64,000 nt of DNA from Vicinamibacteria bacterium (lineage in GTDB: Bacteria > Acidobacteriota > Vicinamibacteria > Marinacidobacterales > Marinacidobacteraceae): assembly GCA_963668695.2 (NCBI GenBank), contig CAXXLQ010000004.1, forward strand, positions 704,001 through 768,000. The letters are read 5' to 3'. Every line of letters begins with the position of its first letter. The first letter of the stretch is position 1. The notes under the pieces were generated by a model. It was not told the origin of the DNA. It made no database searches and worked only from the letters and a program-made list of their open reading frames with translations. The position numbers and the translations under genes were made by a program. Below, one piece after another: positions 56,016-64,000 of the stretch.

Positions 56016-57593
56016 CTAGCCTCCTGCGGGGGCTTCCTCACAGCGCGGCGCGGTGAGGACGGCGCGCGCGGCGTAGCGATCGGCCTCTTCGGTTTCTCCG
56101 GTGGTTCGCGCCACCCGGGCTGTCATGGCCAGAGTTTCGGGATCGAAAGGGCGGAGGGTGAGCGAGCGGTCGAGAGCGGACAGCGCCTCGCTGTGACGGC
56201 CGAGCGCTTCAAGCGCGCCGCCGAGTTCGGCGAGGTCGGCGGCGAACTCCGGCGAGCTTGCGTCCCGGCCCCGCACGACGGCCTCCAAGAGCCGAACGGT
56301 CTCGGCCAGATCGCCTGCGGCAGCCGCCTCGCGGGCCTGCCGGCGCTGAATCTCCGCCGCGTTTGCGCGTTCCCACGCCGCCGCCTCCGCGGCCTTGACC
56401 GCCTCCAGGCGGGCCAGCACCACGTCCGCAGCGGCATCCCCGGTTCTCCGCAGTGCGGCGTGGAGGGTAGTGAGGATCGCGGCGTGATTCGGGTTCTCGG
56501 CTACCAGGCTGGTGAGTTCGTGGGCCGCCACGTCTGCCCGACCCTCACGCAGGTGCGCCTTCGCCAGGGTGAACCGGGTGTTCAGGGCATCGGGACGCCG
56601 CGCGGCGCGGTCCTGAAGTAGCGCCAGCAACTCCGGATCTCCGCCCGCGACGATCGCATCGAGCGCCACGCTCGCCACCTCGCCGGCGACCGCCGGATCG
56701 AGACGCAGCGCTTCCCGATAGGCGTCCAGGGAGGCATCCATGTCCAGGCGGAAAGCGCGCAGGCGGCCCAGAGTCATCCAGAGCGCGGGGTCGTCCCGAA
56801 GTCCGGAAGCGAGCGCCGCCTCGGCCGCCGCGAGGGCTCCCTCGGGATCTTCCCCGGCGGATGTCCAGGCAACCAGAAAGAGGGATTGGGGGTCGCCGGG
56901 GGAGAGTTCCGCGACTCGCTCGGCCGCGCAACGCGCGAGTTCCGGAATCTCGCCTTCGTGGGCGCCGAGCGACAGTGCGATCCACGGCCCGGGCCGCCCC
57001 AAACCCTTCGTTAGCGCCCTTCTGGCTGCCTCGAGACTGATTTCGATGAGACGCTTGAAGGATTCCCCGCGCGGGGCCCCGGGTCCGCGCTCTCGGACCG
57101 CCAATCGTCGCGCGAAGTTGGAACGACCCAGCAGAGCGGGCAAATAGTCCGGCGCAAACCGGAGCGCGTGGCCGGTCGCCTCCAGTGCTGCTTCAAGGCG
57201 GTCGCTCGCTCCGAGCGCTTCCGAATAGAGAGCCCAGGCGAGCCCCGGGCGCTGCACAGGAACGGCTCCGGCCGGAGCGTCGGGGCCGTAGGAAGCGACC
57301 GCGGCCTCCAGATGGTCGGCGGCGACTTCCCATTCGCCCCGCTCGACGGCGAGCGCTCCGAGCTGGAAACGCGCCGGGCCGTGGTGCGGCACCTCGTCCA
57401 CGACGGAGAGGAGGATCGGGATTGCCCGGTCCGCCTCCTCGGCGGCGAGGAGGGCGACGGCCCGTTCCATCCGAACCCGCACCCGGGTGTCCTTACCGGT
57501 CTGCGCCGGTGCATTCGACGCCGCGACGGCCACGAACAGAATCAGCGGGGATCGGGCCACCCGCCGGCTGAACGTTGTGGGGCGACGCATCAT
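56016..57593 (-). CDS. Tetratricopeptide repeat protein, probably exported
   Basis: Ala/Leu-rich TPR-like repeats. ATGA overlap with the upstream CRTAC1 gene. Confidence 0.75.
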   Translation of the reverse strand: MMRRPTTFSRRVARSPLILFVAVAASNAPAQTGKDTRVRVRMERAVALLAAEEADRAIPILLSVVDEVPHHGPARFQLGALAVERGEWEVAADHLEAAVASYGPDAPAGAVPVQRPGLAWALYSEALGASDRLEAALEATGHALRFAPDYLPALLGRSNFARRLAVRERGPGAPRGESFKRLIEISLEAARRALTKGLGRPGPWIALSLGAHEGEIPELARCAAERVAELSPGDPQSLFLVAWTSAGEDPEGALAAAEAALASGLRDDPALWMTLGRLRAFRLDMDASLDAYREALRLDPAVAGEVASVALDAIVAGGDPELLALLQDRAARRPDALNTRFTLAKAHLREGRADVAAHELTSLVAENPNHAAILTTLHAALRRTGDAAADVVLARLEAVKAAEAAAWERANAAEIQRRQAREAAAAGDLAETVRLLEAVVRGRDASSPEFAADLAELGGALEALGRHSEALSALDRSLTLRPFDPETLAMTARVARTTGETEEADRYAARAVLTAPRCEEAPAGG

Positions 57594-59260
57594 GGCGCAG
57601 GGAGCGGGATCGGGGCGCCGCCGCGACGCACCAGCCAGGTCGTGTTGGGGGAGAGCCCCGTGTAGGTTTCGGTAGCACCCTCCGGCCAGCGAACCTCCAC
57701 CGACATCGGCGCGGGCCGGGCAAGCGAACCGAGGCCGAAGTGAACGGTGCGCTCGCTGTCGGAGGCGTAGCTGCCGCCGGCGCGCACCCGGCGGGATTGC
57801 GCCGCTCCGAAACCGGTCACCGCAATCCTCGCTCCGAGGCCGTCCCGATTTCCTTCCGGGTCGACCAATCGGAACCTGATCCAGGAACCGTCCGCGGGTT
57901 CCGCACGGCGCCAGAGGGTCGGCCCGTCGTCCTGGTTCGCGACCGCGATCTCCCACGTCCCGTCGGCTTCGAGATCGAGCAGCGCCATTCCCCGGGACGA
58001 GCGGATCGGGGGGCCGAGGTCCTCAGCCTCGTAGGACGGGCCTTCGCGCCGGAACAACTGGTCCGGCTGCCCATAGGTCTCGCCGAGGGCGGGGTCGTCC
58101 ACCACTTGCGGATAGAGGTGGCCATTGGCGAAAGCGACGTCCAGATCGCCGTCATTCTCGGCATCGAAGAACAAGGCTCCCCAACCCAGCGGACGGAAGG
58201 TCGCGGTTGCGATACCGGTCCCCACGGCGTCCTCCAGGAAGAGTGAGGGAGCGACTCCAACATAGAACGCATAGTGATCGTGGGCGAAATTCGTGACCAC
58301 CAGATCCGGAAACCCGTCCTCGTCCGCATCCGCGGCAGCCACCCCCATACTGCCCTGGGTCGCGCCGTCAGCGCTCAGTGCGACTCCAGTGAGAAGTCCG
58401 GCGTCCCGAAAGATTCCGCCGCGGTTTTCGAGCATTGCATTCGGCCCGCTGTCGTTCGCCACGAAGATGTCCTGATCGCCGTCCTTGTCGAAGTCGAGCG
58501 CTACCACTCCCATGGAATAGCGCGCCGGCACGTCACCGACCCCGGAGGTGCTCGTCGCGTCCTCGAAAGTGCCGTCTCCGCGCCCTCTGAAGTAGCGGTT
58601 GGTCTCCGGAACCAGACCGCGCGGGCCGTCGAGCACCGGCACCCTCCCCCGCCAGCGCCGGGTGCGCAGGCCGGCGCGGATGTCCGGTTCGCTGGTCTCG
58701 ATGTAGTTGGTAACGAAGAGATCGACCGTCCGATCCCCGTCGCCGTCCAGGAAGACGGCACCGATGCCCCAGCCGGGGTCCGCTACGCCGGCGCTTTGCG
58801 CGATCTCGGAAAACGTGCCGTCTCCGTTGTTGCGAAAGAGCAGATTGGGACCCAGCGCCGTAACGTAGAGATCGGGCAAGCCGTCCGCATCGATGTCGGC
58901 GCTCACCGCTCCCTGGCCGTAAATCCCGGTCGCCACCCCCGCTGCTTCCGTGACGTCGGTAAACCGCCCGTCACCGCCATTGCGGTACAGCGCCCCCGAG
59001 CGGGAGCGCCACGCACCGTTCGGGTCTTCCCAGGTGGGAGCGTTCGGGAAGTAGAGATCGGGCAGGCCGTCCTGGTCGTAGTCAAGAACCGCGACCCCGG
59101 TCCCGGTGGACTCGGCGATGTGATTCTTCTCGGGCCCTCCGGTCCCGGTCACCACGACCAGGCCAGCCTCTGCGGCGATGTCCCGGTAGTCCTGGGCCGC
59201 AATCCCCAAAGGGGCGCACCAGGCAATGGAGGAGACGGGAACGAGCACCGCGACCCACAT
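57590..59260 (-). CDS. CRTAC1 family (FG-GAP repeats plus ASPIC/UnbV) protein
   Basis: Repeated DxDxDGxxDL motifs, C-terminal NRDGLGARI..GSYAS..HFGLG..VRWP. Confidence 0.9.
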   Translation of the reverse strand: MWVAVLVPVSSIAWCAPLGIAAQDYRDIAAEAGLVVVTGTGGPEKNHIAESTGTGVAVLDYDQDGLPDLYFPNAPTWEDPNGAWRSRSGALYRNGGDGRFTDVTEAAGVATGIYGQGAVSADIDADGLPDLYVTALGPNLLFRNNGDGTFSEIAQSAGVADPGWGIGAVFLDGDGDRTVDLFVTNYIETSEPDIRAGLRTRRWRGRVPVLDGPRGLVPETNRYFRGRGDGTFEDATSTSGVGDVPARYSMGVVALDFDKDGDQDIFVANDSGPNAMLENRGGIFRDAGLLTGVALSADGATQGSMGVAAADADEDGFPDLVVTNFAHDHYAFYVGVAPSLFLEDAVGTGIATATFRPLGWGALFFDAENDGDLDVAFANGHLYPQVVDDPALGETYGQPDQLFRREGPSYEAEDLGPPIRSSRGMALLDLEADGTWEIAVANQDDGPTLWRRAEPADGSWIRFRLVDPEGNRDGLGARIAVTGFGAAQSRRVRAGGSYASDSERTVHFGLGSLARPAPMSVEVRWPEGATETYTGLSPNTTWLVRRGGAPIPLPAP

Positions 59261-59294
59261 CAAGATCCGCCCCCACGCCCCGGAGGGGGGAAGC

Positions 59295-60293
59295 TCAGTC
59301 CCGGGGCGCCGGCTGATCGTGACCCAGAACCGGGTGCGGGATGTAGGGCGCTTCCAGCGCCGCAATCGTTTCCTCATCGAGCGTCAGGTCCACGGCGGCG
59401 GCGAGTTCCTCCATCTGGTCGATGCGGGTCGTCCCTACGATCGCCGCATCCACTCCCGGCACCGACAGGAGCCAGGCGAGAGCGACCTTCGCCGGTTTCT
59501 CTCCGAGCCGGGTGGAAACCTCGAGCAAGGTGTCCAACACCTTGAAGTCGGCTTCCTCGTAGTACAACCGGTCGGCATAGGGATCGTCCTTCGCGCGGGG
59601 TGTCGGGTCGCGTCGCGTCCGGGTCCGGTTTCCCGCCAGGAACCCCCTTGCGAGCGGACTCCACGGGATCAGCCCGACACCCTGATCGAGGCAGAGGGGG
59701 ACCATCTCGCGTTCCTCTTCGCGGTAGACGAGATTCAGGTGGTTCTGCATCGAGACGAACCGGGACGCTCCCATGGAGTCCGCGGTGAAGAGCATCGTGG
59801 CGAATTCCCAGGCGGCCATGCTGCTCGCGCCGAGGTAGCGCACCTTTCCGGCCGTCACCAGCGAATCGAGCGCCTCGATGGTCTCCTCGATCGGGGTTTC
59901 GTGATCGAACCGGTGGATCTGATAGAGGTCGATGTAGTCGAGGCCGAGCCGCTGAAGCGAGGCGTCGCACGCCGCGAGGATGTGCTTTCGGGAAAGCCCG
60001 CCCCGGTTCGGACCCTTGGCCACCGGGAAGTACACCTTGCTGGCCAGGACGTAGTCCTCACGGCTCGCCATTTCGCGAAGCAGTTTCCCGGTGACTTCCT
60101 CGCTCGCGCCCCGGGAATACATGTCTGCGGTGTCGAAGAAATTGATTCCGAGGTCCAATGCCTTCCGGAAATGATCCCGGGCCGCCTCTTCCTCGAGGAT
60201 CCAGGAGCGCCAGTTGGGATCGCCATAGGTCATGCAGCCGAGCGAGAGCCGACTGACTTCAAGCCCGGTCGTGCCAAGTCGGACGGTCTTCAT
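59295..60293 (-). CDS. Aldo/keto reductase
   Basis: LGCMTYG, FFDTADMY, DYIDLYQIHR, GKVRYLGAS, PWSPLARG. Confidence 0.95.
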   Translation of the reverse strand: MKTVRLGTTGLEVSRLSLGCMTYGDPNWRSWILEEEAARDHFRKALDLGINFFDTADMYSRGASEEVTGKLLREMASREDYVLASKVYFPVAKGPNRGGLSRKHILAACDASLQRLGLDYIDLYQIHRFDHETPIEETIEALDSLVTAGKVRYLGASSMAAWEFATMLFTADSMGASRFVSMQNHLNLVYREEEREMVPLCLDQGVGLIPWSPLARGFLAGNRTRTRRDPTPRAKDDPYADRLYYEEADFKVLDTLLEVSTRLGEKPAKVALAWLLSVPGVDAAIVGTTRIDQMEELAAAVDLTLDEETIAALEAPYIPHPVLGHDQPAPRD

Positions 60294-62338
60294 GAAGCAT
60301 TCCCTTCCCCAATGCGGGTGCCAACCACCCGAACTAGGAGCACGGACCCGACGATGCCGAGGATCAGCGCAATGCTCGGAGACACCCCGAAGCTCGTCGG
60401 CAGGATGCCGAGAACGATGGCGATCCCCGCCGCGCTCAGCGCGTACGGCATTTGGGTCTTGACGTGGTCAAGGTGGTCGCAGGCCGAGGCCATGGAACTG
60501 AGCACCGTGGTGTCAGAAATTGGCGAGCAGTGATCGCCGAACACTGCCCCAGCCAGAACGGCTCCAATGACGCCCATCAGGATCGGGTCAGACGCCGCGG
60601 TAGCCAATCCGGCGCCTTCCGCGAGCGCGTGGGAGAGCGGGATCACGAGGGGCATGAGCACGGCCATCGTCGCCCAACTGGTGCCAGTCGCAAAGGCCAT
60701 CACTCCCGCCACTACGAAAGTGAGGGTCGGGAGCAGAGTGGGATTCAGAACGTTTTGAAGAACCTGAACCAGGTACTGCGCCGCGTGGAGTTCAGCGGTT
60801 ACATCGCCGATGCACCAGGCGAGCACCAGGATCAGGATGGCGAGCACCATGGACTTCAGCCCCGCAACCCAGGCGCCGATGGCAGCCCCAAGTGTCAGAA
60901 TACGTCGCGCAACCGCAATCACGATGCCAGTGAGGCAGGCGGCAATGGAAGCCCACAGCAGCGAAACATAGGAATCGGAACTCGTTACGACCTCCCGTAC
61001 TCCGTAGTCGGTAGCACCTGAAGCAACGAGAGCATTCGTCCCGGTCAACCAGATCCCGATTCCCGCGGTCAGAAGAACCGCAACGATCGGCAAGAGGCCT
61101 ACGGCCCAGAGGCCTGATGAAATCCGCGCGACTCCGGGGTCTTCGTCGAGGGCTTCGGTCGCCGGTTCCGAACCGGGCCGAAGCGGTTGGCCGAGGCGCA
61201 TCGCCCGTTCCTCGGCGACCCGCATGGGGCCGAAGTCCCGGCCGAGGAAACCGACCGCCATCGCCAACGCAAAGGAGAAGATGGGATAAAAGCGGTACGG
61301 GATCGTGCGCAGGAACACCGAATAGCCGTCTTCCGGGTAATCGATCAACCGGAGTCCTTGATCGATCAGGCCGACCTCGTAGCCGATCCAGGTGGACACA
61401 ATCACCGTGCTGGCCACCGAGGCGGCCCCGGTATCGGTCAGAAACGCCAGCTTTTCGCGGGAGATCCGAAGCCCGTCGGTGATCGGCCGCATCAGGTTCC
61501 CGCGAATGATCACGTTGGCGTAGTCGTCGAAGAACACGACGAGCGCCATGAGCATGGCGCTGACCTGGCCGCGTCGGGCGGTCCGGGCGAAACGGGTAAT
61601 GAGTTGGGCGAAGCCCCGGGCTCCTCCGCTCCTTGAGAGAATCCCGGCGAGCCCGCCGAACATCATGCTGAACACAATGATGTGGGCGCGGTCGCTGTCG
61701 GTCACCGCACCGATGACATAGCGACTGCCCACCTCGAAGAAACCGGCCAGCGGGTTGAAGTTGAGCAGCAGGGTGCTGCCGATCCAGATCCCGGCCACCA
61801 AGGCCAACACAACCTGCCGGAACAGGATGGCGAGCACGATGGCGACGACCGGTGGGGCGAGCGACCAGATGCCCGCGATAGCCCTGGTGCCCGCAGTCCC
61901 ACGGGCGGCGCCGTCCTCCGCGGAGATTTCGAACCGTCCGCTGTCGTCGACCTGTACGTCCGAGAAAACGACGGCCCCGTCGTCCCGGCGCGTGGTGGAT
62001 CCGGCCTGGTCGGCGCCATCGAGACGCGGCGTTCCCCGGTATCCAGGCAGCGGGTCTCCAGACTCTGCCCGCGGAATCGCGACGACTTCGAAGGGCACCC
62101 CGGTGAGTACCACGCGGGGCACCTCGACCTCGAACGAAGTCGGGCGCTGCTGACCGACGGTTTCGAGTTCCTGTGCTACGGCCGGCGGCGCGAAAACAAG
62201 AGTCGCGATGGCCGAGGCCGCCACAAACAGGCCGAACCCCCGTCGGAACAACCCCGGACGATCCGGTCCGCTAGGACATACCGCCCACGGCGCGCCCGGC
62301 CGGCGCCCGCTGCGCGTATGAAACGTGAGCGGCCGCAT
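60290..62338 (-). CDS. Na+/H+ antiporter NhaC family membrane protein with N-terminal extracytoplasmic domain
   Basis: FFDDYAN, ISREKLAF, ATGTSW, GAVFGDHCSPISDTTVLSS..DHVKTQMPYA. Start uncertain. Confidence 0.9.
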   Translation of the reverse strand: MRPLTFHTRSGRRPGAPWAVCPSGPDRPGLFRRGFGLFVAASAIATLVFAPPAVAQELETVGQQRPTSFEVEVPRVVLTGVPFEVVAIPRAESGDPLPGYRGTPRLDGADQAGSTTRRDDGAVVFSDVQVDDSGRFEISAEDGAARGTAGTRAIAGIWSLAPPVVAIVLAILFRQVVLALVAGIWIGSTLLLNFNPLAGFFEVGSRYVIGAVTDSDRAHIIVFSMMFGGLAGILSRSGGARGFAQLITRFARTARRGQVSAMLMALVVFFDDYANVIIRGNLMRPITDGLRISREKLAFLTDTGAASVASTVIVSTWIGYEVGLIDQGLRLIDYPEDGYSVFLRTIPYRFYPIFSFALAMAVGFLGRDFGPMRVAEERAMRLGQPLRPGSEPATEALDEDPGVARISSGLWAVGLLPIVAVLLTAGIGIWLTGTNALVASGATDYGVREVVTSSDSYVSLLWASIAACLTGIVIAVARRILTLGAAIGAWVAGLKSMVLAILILVLAWCIGDVTAELHAAQYLVQVLQNVLNPTLLPTLTFVVAGVMAFATGTSWATMAVLMPLVIPLSHALAEGAGLATAASDPILMGVIGAVLAGAVFGDHCSPISDTTVLSSMASACDHLDHVKTQMPYALSAAGIAIVLGILPTSFGVSPSIALILGIVGSVLLVRVVGTRIGEGNAS

Positions 62339-62445
62339 CTTGGTGTTGGGTATCGCGGTGTTGGGTATCGCGGGTTTCGCCCGCTCTCGGCGGGCGACGC
62401 CGGTCTGACGACCGGTGTTCCCTGGCGATTCTATGGAATCGGGAG

Positions 62446-62563
62446 TCCCGGCGACGACCTACTCTCCCACAGCGCTTCCACTGCAGTACCATCGGCGCTG
62501 GAGGACTTTACTGCCGTGTTCGGAATGGGAACGGGTGTGGCCCCTCCGCTCGGGTCACCGGGA
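62446..62563 (-). rRNA. rrf: 5S rRNA
   Basis: Reverse strand TCCCGGTGACCCGAGCGGAGGGGCCACACCCGTTCCCATTCCGAACACGG...GAGAGTAGGTCGTCGCCGGGA. Confidence 0.96.
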
Positions 62564-62697
62564 CAAAATTGATCCGTTGAAATTGTTGTAGAAGCGCCTA
62601 GCGTGACATCCCGGAATGCGGGACGCCAAGATGCTTTTTGCTGCAGTGGCTTCGGCGAACCAGTTGTTCTGTTGCCAGAAACTCTGGTTACGCACGA

Positions 62698-64000
<1,303 letters not shown>

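Noticed and set aside
62342-62373. 15-bp duplication GGTGTTGGGTATCGC x2 as a regulatory site
   Set aside because: Only two adjacent copies, consistent with simple slippage, and no other support.

Overview
High-GC bacterial chromosome segment. Gene order and content suggest Acidobacteriota (inference). The left third is a housekeeping block on the minus strand: TPR protein, LolB-like lipoprotein, ispE, tRNA-Gln, prs, rplY, pth, rpsF, rpsR, rplI, dnaB, radA, ispDF, rlmB-like, then the Thr-Tyr-Gly-Thr tRNA operon and the start of tuf. The middle holds purH, selA-thiS-thiG-nth, a SelD/oxidoreductase fusion with dapF, secreted hydrolases and PQQ dehydrogenases, and a small accessory block of two VapBC pairs around a three-module AAA+ ATPase with phased 20-bp repeats. 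The right part holds a run of twin-arginine-signal PLP and amide-hydrolysing enzymes, a frameshifted TonB-dependent receptor, a CRTAC1/TPR pair, an aldo-keto reductase, an NhaC-family transporter, 5S rRNA and the 3' part of 23S rRNA. The most unusual features are (i) a ~200-220 bp MITE-like family at 8 loci that nests in itself and carries a ~20-bp sub-module at varying positions, (ii) a 33 x 12-bp tandem array read in frame inside rpsF, (iii) the triple-AAA accessory block, (iv) a ~270-bp structured tandem repeat, and (v) the Tat-exported enzyme cluster. Start codons were chosen by eye. No database search was run.
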